Position numbers and translations under genes: made by a program. The notes under the pieces are model-generated. The model was not told the DNA's origin. It saw only the letters and a list, made by a program, of their open reading frames with translations, and did no database searches. 64,000 nucleotides of DNA, taken from positions 2,248,835 through 2,312,834 of the forward strand of contig CM082597.2 of assembly GCA_040954595.2 (NCBI GenBank), given 5' to 3'. Positions 29,701 through 43,475 of this stretch are shown here, piece by piece (position 1 is the first letter of the stretch; each line of letters begins with the position of its first letter). The DNA is from Balanoglossus misakiensis (lineage: Eukaryota; Animalia; Hemichordata).

Positions 29701-29775
29701 AAGCACTGGCGACGCTTTCACTTCAGTTCGTACAGCGATGCGCACAGCGATGACACGGTTCCCACGAGTGGTCAT
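26737..29775 (-). CDS. Possible unannotated small-exon gene (about 180 aa); structure tentative
   Basis: Phase-compatible chain of candidate exons: 29693-29775, 29005-29137, 28344-28409, 27926-27961, about 27480-27545, about 27239-27282, about 26737-26857. Several acceptors have weak pyrimidine tracts and no homolog is recognised. Confidence 0.25.
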
Positions 29776-31006
29776 TCCGTGTGATGTTAACAATGCAAAC
29801 ACATCCGCAATTCTCGTGGACAACACAAAAATGTGTAAGGATGCAGGGTTTTGCAACCGCCAATCTCAGTCATTCGAAATCGCGAATCTCTAGGTTTTCA
29901 TCGCAATATGGGCTCGGTGCAGGAGCAACGTCATGTTACGGTAAGCGCGTCGCTCTCCTCGCAGTTGAAGTGCATCCAACGTCACTGACAACACACACTC
30001 CTGCGTATGTGACTGTTATACCTCTGTCGTGGACACGTGATCGCTTGCAGGTCACGCTAACAATGCACCCTCATGCATAAGCCTCATACAATCACTCCGT
30101 GTTTTCTCAGGGGACAATCGCAGATCAAGCTTACGGCGACATCCGGCTCAAGATGAAACATGTCTCGCGTTGATGAAGATTTTCTAAAATGGCTGTCTCT
30201 GATTTCTGTGCGGCCGTGTTCTCTTCCCCTTCTCATCCTAAAGTGAATGACCCCTTTCTCCTAAATTATACACACAATGACTAATCGCTTTCATTTTCTC
30301 TTCATCAATATGAACAGGGTCAGGGAACAACAGGGTTGCTCAACACAGCATCAAACACAAATGTCACCATGTCTCGGAATTCTCTAAAAATGTTGCCGAA
30401 TCCATGATTGATACAATATATGAGCTAAAATCAGATCATAAAATCTTGAAATAGTTGCTTTTCAAAAACAAATCTCTGTCGAATGTTAGCGAACATGAAA
30501 TTTTGCTCCAACTGAATTTTACTGATTGTTTAGATTCGCTGATGCCTCACGAGACATTTCAGCGAGAAAATTACAAATTCTGCAGTACGTGTACATTATA
30601 TAATGCTATCTCACTCCATCAAATCAGATATCTATCGTATCTACCTATCTTGTTGCCCTTGCCTCACTGTCATATGTCGTCTGTTCCGGTGTACAACCCG
30701 ATCTGGATTATCTCATTTTTATTTTTCCTGGTGAATTGATATCGCCTAGAGCGTACACCTGTGCTTTGAGGAACCACACCTTAAAACACTCATGCGTTCT
30801 GGCTGAAAATAGTTCCATACTTGAGGTTGTGACGCAATGACCGTACTGATTGCTACAATTACCCTTATATTTAATTTATATTAAATCGAGCTCTCTGGAA
30901 AATTGATATGCGCATACAGACATCACATTAACAACATGCATAATCAGAGATAATCAAAAGAGAGAGGAGGTGTATGAAACTTCGACTGGAGTGTCATTAT
31001 TTTTAT

Positions 31007-31093
31007 TCTGTCTGTCTGTCTGTCTGTCTGTCTGCCAGTCTGTCTGTCTGCCAGTCTGTCTGTCTGTCTGTCTGCCTGCAAGTCTGTCTGTCT
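31007..31093. repeat. Imperfect (TCTG)n microsatellite
   Basis: Directly visible. Confidence 0.92.
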
Positions 31094-33249
31094 ATTCCTC
31101 CCTTCCTTCCTCCTCGGACATTTTAATTCCTAGAATTTGCTCCAGTTACTCCATCTAAAACTGTTATGGTAGTGGTTATCCCTCGCTGATACCTCTATAA
31201 GCCATCTCCACTCGCACCAAGCAAATCCTTTCGACAACTGGGGAGAGGTGAGCTTCTGGTTGCATTACCACAAAAGACATTATTGGAAGAAGAATTTTGA
31301 AAATGATTTCTGCAATTTACATTAAGGTAGTCTATTTCACTTTTGTACAACCGTCTCTGAACGATTTTATTTGACATTGACCCTAATTTCTAGCCAAATT
31401 ACGCCCTCAATATTAAATCACAAAAAGTAAGTCTCATTTCAGATTATTAATACGATGCGCAGGCGCATTGGAATCATTGATAAAGGTCGAATCTATGAGT
31501 CAACGACCTGTGTAAGGGCTGTAAATACTTAATATTGTTGCACTGTTATTATCTTTCAACTTCAGCCCTGAAATTGACAATTGCAATATCGGTTGCTTGC
31601 AGTGCGAAGCTGATGAACAGCTATGAACTTCATATGAATACTACTCCAAAACAGTTTTTTTTTTATCGAACAACACAACAGTTTGGTATACAAACGGTAT
31701 ACGTATTCAGTGAAACGCAAGACGTTTCAAAAAGCGTTGATTATGCTGGTACAAGTACTACTAGACTCAATAACGCTTGTGCTTTGCCATTTGCACGTGA
31801 TAATTAAAGGTTAGTGTACTATAGATGTTCGACCTATTTATTTACGATACTCGAACGCAAGAGATCTGATATAGATTTCAATTTCATTTGCTAACAGCCC
31901 TTCTTATTTTCTCATCTAGCATTTTGCATGCTCATATTTCTAATTCTAATTCTTCGTGAGTGCATGCACGTATCAAATTTTCACTAAAAGTCATTTCGAA
32001 AAAAAGATATATAGATGGGCACATTTGCAGCGAAGTCTTTATCGTAAATTCGGATTGAGTCTCTAAAGTCAGATTTACACGCCGACTTCAAAATTGCCAC
32101 TAGTCCCTCCATCCGTTGCCATGGAAACAAAGCGGGATAACTCCGTGTTTAGTGATCACTACGCGTATCTGCTCAGGGACAATGCACGCACGGGTTGTTT
32201 TGTTGCACTGCACCATGGCAACGGGTAAACACTTTCACCTAATGTAGATGTGCCGGTCGTAATTTTTCGCTGTCTGTTGTTTAACGCTCATCCCCTTGCC
32301 AACTGTTCAATTCGTATTCGCTACTTGTTTCTGAGCTCTTGGAGATGCTCTTAATTCTTTTTTTTCACAAGATAACCAATTTCGTTGCTATGTTAAAAGA
32401 AAATCTCATCCCTAAGCAAATGTATTGACATGTCACATATCAACAATACTAATTTCAATCGCCACTGTCAGTGCCTTTCATCGCATTCTGCAGTTTATAC
32501 ATAAACTGATTCATTAAAACAATAAACTTACTAGCTGTCGCGTTTTACCCTTTTAGAGACACGCCATCGACAGTTTCTCATGTTACGCTTTGGCTTGCAT
32601 TCTTCATTTAAACATGAAAATCACTGTAGATTTGTATGAAACTTGTTCACTGTGATTGCTGTAGGCCTGCCTATTTTGAGCTGTTGTCCCTGCACATATC
32701 CTTTGTGCATACAACCAATTTTACTCTGAAGAAATTCTGAGCATCACCTGAAAAGGTCTATAGACATCGCTACAGGGGTTTGTTGCACGTCTTAAAATTA
32801 ACTGAGAATTTTTTTTATGACTGAAAATTGGCAATCAACGTCGGTGCTAGGGTGCATGCATTTATGCATGCTCTGACCGAAAGATCACCACTTGAGGGCG
32901 CTCATCATAAGTAGCTTTCAAGAATGCAGGCAGTGCATGTACCATGCTAATAATGGCTGCCGTGGCTTCTTCGGTTATGCTTTCACAAAACTGGCCATTT
33001 TCACGAACCCTGCATGACTACAACCCATTGCATTGAAACTGCGTCATACTGGAATTTTGTAGCAGAAAAATGTGAAAAAGTAATAGAGGTTCTTATATGC
33101 TATAAATAAGAAAGTTGTGATATCTCACTTTAAAACTCATGATCCAGGAACTGTCACGTTTTAACCCACTATGCAATATGCAGTTGGCCCAGGGTGGCGC
33201 TATTGCGAGAATTCTAGACACAAAGTAACAGAGACACGACAACTTTGCT

Positions 33250-36200
33250 GCAGGGAAATGGTTTGCTCTTTATTGAAGTTTGCAAAGCTCTATTGGGGGA
33301 AAAAGTTGTTTCGGTGAACATACACGGGTAAAATTAAATGACATTCTTTCCTAGCAAGAGAAATTAAAACCACTGTTTGTACATTTTGCGGAAGCACAAG
33401 GTGGCGGAAGACAAAATTGCTGGTGAAGAAAGTAAAAGGAACAGAAAAAGGTCTAATTGAAACCAGGGTATATAAACACACCCTTTCCCTGCAAATTATT
33501 TTTTTAATGATTTTTTAAAATGATCTTCGCCTTGTTCAACTTGAAGAGTTCATTCCAACAATTGTAGGATGGAAATTGTTTGCACTCTACTTGTTTTTTT
33601 CCTTTAAAGTTTCCTTGATGTTGGCAGAGATGGTCAAAATTCACAAGCTCTCTAACAAGTCTTCTAGCAGGCGCAATTTAGATTTCCATGTTTCAATGCA
33701 AAGACTATGCAAAGTCTCAAATACCTAAACCATGTGTATGACACATCTGCCAAGACATTTGAATCGAGTCGCTGAAACCTTGGCATTACGAAGAATAATT
33801 TCTCATGGGCGGCAACCTGTACCCCACACACCCCTCCCTCTTTCAGAAATGCAATTACTAAACTTCAACTTTCAGTTGGAATGAACTCTGCAAGAATCAC
33901 TATGGGATTTTTTTGACTGTGGCTTGTTTTTTGTCCAAAACAAAACATGATCTGCAGAAAGCAAAATAAAATTCGGATACTCTTGAATGCCTGTTTGCAC
34001 ATTGTTGAAAAGATACTGAAAATAGTACAACACTGCATATTTGCTGACAGCAACACAATAGTTATGTCAATGAACATCTTAAATGACAACTAGTTATATT
34101 TTACTCTTTTGGGTGTAAGGTCTCTCAGATTTGTACGATTTAAAGTAACTAACGCACAAAGGTACCTTCAATGTCTGCAGGTATTACAACTCTAACAAGA
34201 TTATCACTGAAAACAGATTTGCATGAAAGATAACAGGATATGTTGATATGTATGAAGTTGAAAATCTGAAACTAACTGAAGTCTTTTCTTGTGTAACAGT
34301 TGAAATCTTTTCGACAATGTGCAATTGAGCTTGGACAGAAAAACTGCAAATTATAATAAAAACGAAATGACATAAAACACTGCATAAACTGAACATGTTA
34401 CCAAACCTGGAGTGTCTTGGTTTGGGAAACAACTGGAAATGTGGCCCTACATCCGAAGAATTTGACATCAGCCAAGTACAATACACATCCCTGTGGCTTG
34501 TTGAGTAAATTCGGCCACAAAAATTAATTACCCTATTGGCTTTCAGAATGTCAGCATTTGAACTCTATTGACATTTTGAAGAGTCGCTCCCCTCCCTAAC
34601 ATGTTATGGAATGGTCCTTAAGTTTGAATTTCATATCGCCAAAAGATGATCATTCCATCCCGAAAGCAGGTGAGAGACGTTGCTAAGATAAGCCAGGTTT
34701 GTTAACTGGTTCAGTTCATGCAGTCTCCTACAGCATGGCAGCAAAGGAGTGATGGCATTTCGACAAACTACCACACAGGTATCAGTACACAATCTCACGG
34801 GTTCTGTCAAAATGACACTCAAAAACTTTTCATGTGACGTACAGATCCTTCTGTTAGCGATGGGGTACAATGGAAAACTCTTGCCAATTTTGTCCTTCAC
34901 ACTATTAGATGCATGCTTTCATGTCAGACCTCCGGATAACATATTCAATTACAAAATTTAATTTCAGTCGAAATTGTTCCCACATTTTCTCAGCTGCTTC
35001 TTGTATTAACCTTTAACCATCAGCTATTTAGAAACGGAACACACTTGATTGCTCACGCATGGAATTTTTTGAAGTACATGTATTGTTGTCGTGACAATTC
35101 AAGAGACCAGGAAGGATCTGCAGTCTTTGAAACATAAGCAGGAGTGTGCCAATTTTTGATTTTGGTTCTCCCAAACAGCCAACGGCGTATGTGGTAGTTT
35201 GCCGAGATCTGCTATTTTTTTTTGACATTTTCATGAATTTTTTTCTCAATTTCTGATGCGAAATATAAAGATCTTATTGCACCAGGTTTGCTCACATACA
35301 ATTTTTTTCTCGTCTAGATGTTGACATTCTTGTGAGCAGAAATACCTAATCTAAAACACAGCAGGGGACAGTTCTTTTTACACGCATTCACGGCCACGAC
35401 TTGGTTGACTCCATTGTCTATAACGACAAGGGTGGAGCCACACGCAAGAAATGGGGGTGAAAGTTGCCAACAAAGAAATGTCCCCTCCCGTGATGTCTGT
35501 ACCTTCAGTTACATAAAATGGCATAGATGGAATCAACCACACTGTCTGGCACCGTGGCCATTCAACAACACTGCCAAGACAGGGCATGTAAATTTTTAGT
35601 ACTCTTTGGATGAAACTTGAAATCCATCAGACTTGTGTGTGTCTTTCTTTTTTTTCAAAATGCAGAAACTAGTGTTGTTTCACATGGATGGTGAATGCAC
35701 ACACAAGTCGCAGTTGGTCACTAGTCTGCATACGATTTCATATCTGAAGTGTGCTGGAAGTTTTCTCCCACACTTGCAGGTTACAGAAGTCTCTCTCTCA
35801 GGTTAAATCAATCCTGTTACTCCGGTTTGTTAGTCCGTGGCTAAACTTTCCTATCGAATCTCAGCACTTCATTCACTGGGCAGTCAGTTGCCATATTGTC
35901 CTCGTATCCTCTTCGAAGAACAATTTCCTTGTAACACGCGACAGTGCAGTTCATCCTGTTTCGTTCCTTCCTTTGGAAAGTTCGCCACTCAAACCACGGG
36001 CAAGTCTGCACAAAGTTCTGCGGGTTTCTTTGACAGGGTGATCCATTGTGCGTACGTCTAACAACGTTTAGACTGTTGTTTGGTGTGACACTTGCTTCAC
36101 TGTTACGTTCAATGTCACCAACACGCTCAATGTCTTTCAAAGACGAACATACGTTTTCTTCTCTGCATCTTTGTTGCCACAGCAACAGCCGCAATCAAGT

Positions 36201-38928
36201 AGACTGTTTCAAACTCACATTGTACAGTTCAAGTCTGTCGGTGAGCAGCGGTCCACATAACTTCCATGGGGCGGTAACAGTGTCATCAAACAGTTTTATC
36301 TTTATAGACTGGTTGCATTAATCTGCGTAACTTTCATGGCAGATAACTCGGAATGGCAGTCTAGTTCAGTTGGCTGTATCCAGCACACACACCCCTCCTG
36401 AAAGCCATGTTAATTCCGGAACGGTCCAGAAGTCAATCCTTCCTAACTACCCACCCACCCACCCCTTTCCCTCCCTCCAGAAACCCACCCACAGACCCAC
36501 CCCTAACATACATTTCTCATCCCCATAGTAAATGTCCCACACACACAGCTCTGTCTAAAATCAGAAAATTCAGGAAAAAAATTCCCAAAATATATATCCT
36601 GGCATCCTTGTCATGAACTGGTCTGTAAGAAGGTATTGTTTTCATATACGCCTTCACAAGGCAGCACTAGAACAATGATTGGACAAAAACAGACACATGA
36701 CAAAGCTGACCTAAACCATACAGAAATGACTTTGAAACAAAAAAAGGAAAGGTATACTCATATTAACCTACGGTGTTTGACCATTTTTTACCGAGCGTGT
36801 GTGATCATGACAAATCACAAAAAGTCTATGTACAGGATATGAAAGGGGACCTGAGAACTACGTCACATTTCCTCACCCTCCACACTCCCCATTCCAATAG
36901 GTGCAACCCGGAATTCAAAAGGACCAAAGTACAACATAGAAATATGGGCATTCATTTAAACTTGCTTTTACCCATGTACATGTTTTTTACCTTTATAACA
37001 TAGTCTTTTTTCCCAAACACTGTAGTAGTCAATGTGCGGAATTTAATTCCTGAGTTGGCCTATTGTTCATTTCTTTGTAGTCAGACAGGAAAGGATGCGT
37101 TTCAATACTCAAAGTCCGAACATCCATTAGAGTATTTTGTTTACGGAGAGGTGGACGGTGGGATATGCTCTCTCTGTCTTGGTTAAATACTGCTTTCTGT
37201 TGGGAGTGGCCAACTTTTCAGTCACGGCATGTTTTCCAATCTGGAGAAACACATGAAATTAAAATTTGGGGGGTTGAACATTTCAAGGGCTGAGCTTTCA
37301 CACTCTTCCATGGAATTCTGCGTTATAATGAAAGTAAAACGACAATGGTATTAACCTTGCTACTTATCGGTACACTCATGCTGCAAATTGCCCTGGAACA
37401 TTTCAGCTCAATCAACACACCAGCAATCCATGATCACAGCTACAGTAGGTACATTTAAACCTGTTACCCCCATTTTCTTAGAGTGTGGGGTGTCCTCGCT
37501 ACTGTAGCAAGCGATGCGACTGGATTTGTTTATCACGGATGTTATAGGGGTGTTTCAAATCATTTTCTTACTTTTGTCAAGGGTTACTTGTCTGATCTCA
37601 TTTTAGGATATACATGGATGCACTATCTTTATCCAGTACAGGTCAGTTCAAGCTAAATTTGCAATCTTGTTTTTGTCAAATTCAGATTAAATAATATTTG
37701 TGTATGTTCCAACATTTTCACTATGTTCCTAGCACAGAAGTAGCATGGATGATACCATTGGGATTTAAATGTCAAATATTTACACAGCTACATTACTTTC
37801 TGTAGCTGCGATACTATCCTTTTCAAGTGCATGTGTTTTGATATTAACCCCTTTACCGCCAGTATATAAGTTTTCTTTGCATCCATAGGGCCGAGACAGT
37901 ACTAGAGCAGGCAGCACGATCGTGTCAGTTTTGTCAACAGGTGGCGCTATCGCCTCTTCCTAGTATCTAGAGACGTGGCGAGTTAAACACTTCATACAAA
38001 TTAGTTTTGATAATCAGGCGTCTTGAAGACAACATGGGCACCACTTGGAATGTGCTGAATAAAACTGATGAAAGCCCTGGAATATAGTAATTCTCTAAAG
38101 TGCTGCGTTCTTGGTTATCAAGGGGTCAACACTAGTCAGAAATACAAGCATGTTATGGTATTTTTCGACTGGTTATTTGGGAGTTGTGTGAAAGCTCAGA
38201 GAAAACCCAGTTATCCCGCAAAATGGACATCCCTAAAGGGTGCATTTTCAGGAACGAGCAAGCCACTGCAAATTCTACAGCTTGAGAAAACTTACTATTA
38301 TTTACAAAGTCGTCGCCCATTCAATCACAGTTCAGGCGACCCAAAAAAGTCTCGAAAAAATGACTCTGCTGAGAGCGAAAGACAATTGCAACCACTGAAC
38401 CTCGCCCCGTCTCGAATGACATGAAAAATGGCACAATCCTGGGGGAGTAATATACTTGAGACAACAGAGAAGCTGATGGTTGCAAGTTTCTTTCGGACAA
38501 CGTTTCACTGGGAACACCAAACATGTCTGTCACCTTTTTCCAAGTTCCATCAGTGTACATGAAAACTGAAATACTCTCCGCTTTCTCACATCAGGATACA
38601 TGAGATGCTATCTACTTTAACTTTTTGAGAAGAAGGCACTGTTGAAAATAACTTTCCACAAACTCGCATTGATTCTATTTTTGTTTTTATGAGATTTTTT
38701 TAGGATAAGTTGTCTTGTGTCAATTTAGCGTTCCCAATGAAGAGTTGCCAGACTCACCAGCTGTAACATCTTCATAAATAAAAAATTTCCCAACCCTCTT
38801 ATTTTATTTTGTAAGACAAACACTTCAGTTGTGTTCGCATCCCCACCCTCAATATCCCTCCCGTACAAGTGTTTTTTCGAGTCACAGCATCTTTCTTACT
38901 GATTCAACTTTGGCTATCACTTCTCTTT
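33250..38928 (-). other. DDX6: Predicted long DDX6 3' UTR with a probable intron at 37241-38757 and a candidate AATAAA at 33268-33273
   Basis: Donor CTG|GTGAGT at 38757, acceptor ttttaatttcatgtgtttctccag at 37241-37242, AT-rich ORF-free sequence downstream, and tttatt at 33268. Inferred without transcript data. Confidence 0.45.
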
Positions 38929-41612
38929 TTATTTCCCATCTTCGTTTGGCTCTTCCTGCTCTGGAACGGAGTGATACTCGGCCACATACAGGCTCTTGTC
39001 GATGCTGCCTGGGATGGGCTTGATCTCGGTTCCCAGCTCGCGTTCAATCTGGTAGAGCGAGAACCTGTCTTCGTAGGTGATCAGGTTGATTGCGACACCC
39101 AGGTGGCCGTAGCGGCCGGATCGACCAATGCGGTGAAGGTACGTCTCGGCGTGTCTCGGAAAATCAAAGTTGATGACGACGTTGACAGCCTGGATATCGA
39201 TACCTCGTGTGAAGAGATCTGTTGAAGAGATTTCACAAAATATGAATCACTATCTTCAGCTCTACTTGTGCTGAGAACTGTTAAATGTCTCTACATGCAT
39301 GGAATTGGAAATAAAAATACACAAAGACTGGAAAACTTACCTGAGCATACGAGGTTCCTGCAGGCACCGTTACGAAAGTCGTGGAAAATTCTATTCCTGT
39401 GTTCCTGTCTCATCTTTGCGTGGATGTAGAAACAGGAATAACCCAGCTCTGTGATTTTCCGGGCTAAGAGTTCCACTCGCTGAGTTGAGTTGCAAAATAT
39501 GATTGACTGGTTGATTTGGAGCTGTAAAGAGAGAGGGCTGATTAATCAATCAATCTTTCAAACTAAAACCATACATGGTTGTAAAACATTCATCAAGTCA
39601 TTCATTTGCAGTGCAAATAAATCTAAAAGCTTGGATTCTATTCTTACCTTTGAAAACAGAGTGTTTAAACAATGTACTTTCTGCTTCTCCTGAACAAAGG
39701 CATAATATTGTGTAATACCTTTGAGGGTCAGTTCGTCCATGAGATTAATTTCGTAGGGTTTGGTAAGATGGCGGGTCTGCAAAAAGAACCAACAATAATT
39801 GACACTGGAAGGTTTTTGCTGAAAATCTATTCTAAGGGTGTGTATTAACCTTGATCTAGTTTTTCTTGAGTATCAAGAACCAAGTCATGACATATTCTTA
39901 CCATGAATTCTTGGACCGTCAATGGAAACGTTGCAGAGAACAGCATTATCTGTCGGTCGTTCGGTAAGAAGTTAATGATCTTGTCCAACATATTCTTGAA
40001 ATCCTGGGACAAGAGTTTGTCAGCCTACGAGAATGAAATACAACAATGAATAAAACAATACAATACGAATATACAGATTTAATTGCAGCAGCCATAATAG
40101 CTGAAATCAGTCATCTGTTTCTTTACAATTTTTTAGCTTAGCTCTACTGAACACACAACTCAATCCACAACACTTACTTCATCTAATGTCAGTGTTCCAC
40201 ATTTAGTCATCTTGGCCACTCCCTTTTCCATTAAATCCAGTACTCTTCCGGGGGTGGCTATAACAATATGCACTGGGGAAAATGAACAAAAATTACAACA
40301 ATTGTCAATTTTCCTATACCAGGTAGTGACTTAATGCCAACTTTAAAATGATATGTTTTTGCACTTACCCACATAAATGGGCATGTATACTAGTATATTA
40401 GAGGGTGACTGTGCGTAGCTGGGCTCACCTGGTTCATAAAGTCTCATAATGTCGTCTTTGAGGCTGGTACCACCTGTGGTGACCATGACTCTAGCACCCA
40501 TGTGTTTGGATATCTGTTTGCAGCAGTGGCTGGTCTGCAAGGCTAACTCTCTGGTAGGAACAAGTACCATTGCTGGAGAAACAACAAAATGAAGTCACGC
40601 AACTTTCTTTCAAGTAGAGCACGGTTTTGGTCATGGTGGGGCAGTGTTTTTGGTGAGGGCAGTACCCAGGTACATGTCACTGGGGTTCCCCATACAGCAT
40701 CACGTCAGGAAATCTTGACACACTATTCCACATCACAACTCACCTTGAATGTGATCTTTTGAAACGTCAATCCTTTCAAGCATCGGTATGAGATATGCTG
40801 CCGTCTTCCCAGTGCCATTCTTCGCTCTGGCTAATATGTCTCGGCCGGACAGAGCCACGGGAATGCTTTCTTCCTGGATGGGCGAGGGCCTTTCCCAGCC
40901 CATTTCAAAAATACCCATAAGTAGCTCTCGCTTCAAACAGTAGTCTTCAAAGTCGTTGCCTTTAGTACGTGTAACATCCTGAGAGATAAAAAGTATATTA
41001 CAGTTATAAATTTCTGGGTGCTGGAGATGATCGTCCGTGTTTTGAACGGTCATTGGAAACTACAGTCAAACCTGTGTTAGTGGCCACCTTTATACAGTGG
41101 CCACTTGTCTATAGATAGTGGCCACCTTGTTACATGACTGATTGTGCAATTTCCAACTGTGCTGCAGCAGCCTTCAGATACCAGAGATCAGGCCCCGAGA
41201 TGATGTAGAAATATGAAGCAAACTTACTGAAGTCTTCACTCGTCTGTCAACAGGAGGCAACTTCAAACTTTTCTTCCAGTCTTCCTCTCTGCGAGAAATA
41301 AAAACATATTAATACGCTTGTACTTCGATTAGTGTTCTACTGAAAACACGCCACAGAAGACATGTGATAGTGGTTTTGTTTCGTACACGGACCCACCTAT
41401 TATTAGTAAACAGTCAGTCTGCAGATGGTTTCACCATATTTTGGTGCAGTAATTCTCTATGCATGACAATGCACTCTCTGACAACCATTACTATTGGATA
41501 ATAAAGTAAAGGTGGGTACTTACTTGACTGGATTTGAATTTTGAACCGTCCTTGGCCTTGCTGAGCTTCCTGTGTGATTGGCCACTGGGCCATCTATCTT
41601 GGCAGCAGCCAT
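38929..41612 (-). CDS. DDX6: DEAD-box RNA helicase DDX6/Me31B/Dhh1 (P-body decapping activator), 448 aa. Coding exons: 41524-41612, 41228-41288, 40744-40978, 40429-40572, 40178-40272, 39902-40024, 39648-39776, 39341-39521, 38929-39218
   Basis: The spliced translation contains [49 protein letters not shown] (Q motif), [18 protein letters not shown]|AD, SAT, QVNQ-like [28 protein letters not shown] and [12 protein letters not shown]. All 8 introns are GT-AG and phase-compatible; total 1347 nt ending in TAA. Confidence 0.97.
41061..41153. mobile_element. Partial inverted copy of the same pogo/Tigger-like MITE in a DDX6 intron
   Basis: tacagtcaaacctgtgttagtggccacct is nearly the reverse complement of 46297-46325, and similarity continues to gttacat...tgtgcaatt. 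Confidence 0.65.
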
Positions 41613-41838
41613 ATCCTCTCCTCTTCTCTAGTCTTTAAATTTTACAAAGTCACAAATAAAAAAAGTCTCTAATAAATCGCCCACTAGATTAGGCTAAACA
41701 GTCTCTCTCTGTACAATATAGAAGTTCAATAAATCTTCACAAAATGTGTGCGTAGAAATATAATTTTACAAATATCCGCAAAAGTCCTAAGGAAATCTCA
41801 CTTCGGTACTGCTATGTCACTGAGGAAATATTCTCAAT

Positions 41839-43020
41839 CTGAAAGAAAAATAAAGATAGCTGTTGGAAATTTCATTTGCATGATTTAAATTTGCGTAAAT
41901 CGCCATGGGTACACACCATAGGGAACAATGGTATCTGTATACAACAATACAATGACGCAACAGATCTGTTTTCACATGTAGATTTCATGTAATATACATA
42001 CAGTTGCAATTAACTACTTTACAGCCACAGAAAATAAATATGAGGTCATCTTGACATTTGAGGTGTGACAGAGAAAGTTTTCTGAAGTGAATTTGGGAAA
42101 CCACACAAAAGCTGAGTACCAAGAAACCCTACCGAAACTGTCACCAGATAACTAAATAAGCAAACAATGCCAAAACGGAAATACCCCCGTAACGTAAATA
42201 ACTTGGCAGAGGACAACTTCAGCGCAATATCTTTATCTATAGACAGGGTGTACAACAAACAGTGCCAATTTATCGCCGGAAAAAACTCAGATTTAGACAC
42301 AGAAACCATTTACTGGACTTGAACTTTTGACAGTCTGTGGTCTGATTTCTGATTATTCGCAAAACCTTTATTTATTATGGTAGTGGGTACGTACAGAAGA
42401 CACACAGTAAACACAAACCCAGGGTCAAAAGTCTTATTTATAATGCGGTATTGCGGCGACGTTGTAACTGCTGGCGTGCTCAGAATCACGGCAGAGTCCA
42501 AGCATGGCATCCAGGCCTCAATCGGATAACACGAGAGGCTGGGGACGCACAAATGACGGGCTGCGCGTGAAAACACTGAGGACATTAAAACATTGTAGCT
42601 TTACTTTTTTCTGTTTCGGAGAAACAGGGGCCAATACTTTCAAATCCTAAGGGGCTGGTTCAAGGAAACATTTATTCAATGATATATGCAGGGGCTAAAA
42701 AACTACGCTTTTACAAAATGCACTGGGCATTGTAAATATCACCACCTGACATCATGCGACAAAGAAATACATTTCACGGAAAGATGGCTGTCGCTCCCGG
42801 TTTTCAGCCTTCGCGCTGTGTTTACCTGGAGAATTTCAAGGTGTTAAGTGACCCTTTTCAGGTCAAAATCTACATGGAAATGTCGATAATAGTGTGAAAT
42901 TCCTAACGTGATCAGAGAATAATACAATAAGTGAATAATTACGCAGATGAAAGTAGATGAAAACAGAAACATTAACACTTACCGAGAACAGAAAACCAAT
43001 ATGGCTGTCAATAATTTCAA
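41839..43020 (-). other. DDX6: DDX6 5' UTR intron (41839-42982) and short non-coding first exon (about 42983-43020)
   Basis: Donor CG|GTAAGT at 42982 and pyrimidine-rich acceptor (ctttatttttctttcag) at 41839-41840 on the minus strand, upstream of the ATG at 41612. The transcription start is approximate. Confidence 0.6.
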
Positions 43021-43475
43021 AATACGGAAGTCAGAACGAGACTGCATATATTATGCAAATAGTAAATCAACTTTTTAAGAGTTTCTAGATTATCAGTGTG
43101 AATTATATACTCATATTGCACAGAATAGAAAAAATATTCACCTAAATTGACTTTTCCTTAAAATATAAAGACTTACATCACAAATTATCACAAAAAATCT
43201 GAGATGAAATTCAGGTCAAAAAGGTGAAAGGTCAAACACAAGTCGTCTTTGTTTGGGATTTTCCGGTACACATTTCAGATAAAAAAAATATTGTTTTTGC
43301 GATCAAATAAGCGTATTCAAGAATTACACGTGATAATTTAATATTTAAACTTTGATTTAATATACCAAGTGATTTATTCAAAGTAAAAATGCATATTATC
43401 AACGCATTTATTTTTTCGAACCAACATATTGTAAAGATCAAGTTAATTTCAGTTGCGGGTTCCTAGGAAGAAATC
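42983..43475. promoter_or_regulatory. Bidirectional promoter shared by DDX6 and UFC1
   Basis: The divergent gene starts are about 0.5 kb apart. The region has an ETS site CGGAAGT (about 43025), a YY1-like AATATGGC (about 42998) and an octamer ATGCAAAT (about 43053). Confidence 0.65.

Noticed and set aside
38829-39225. Plus-strand ORFs of 64 and 118 aa
   Set aside because: They are antisense to the last DDX6 coding exon.
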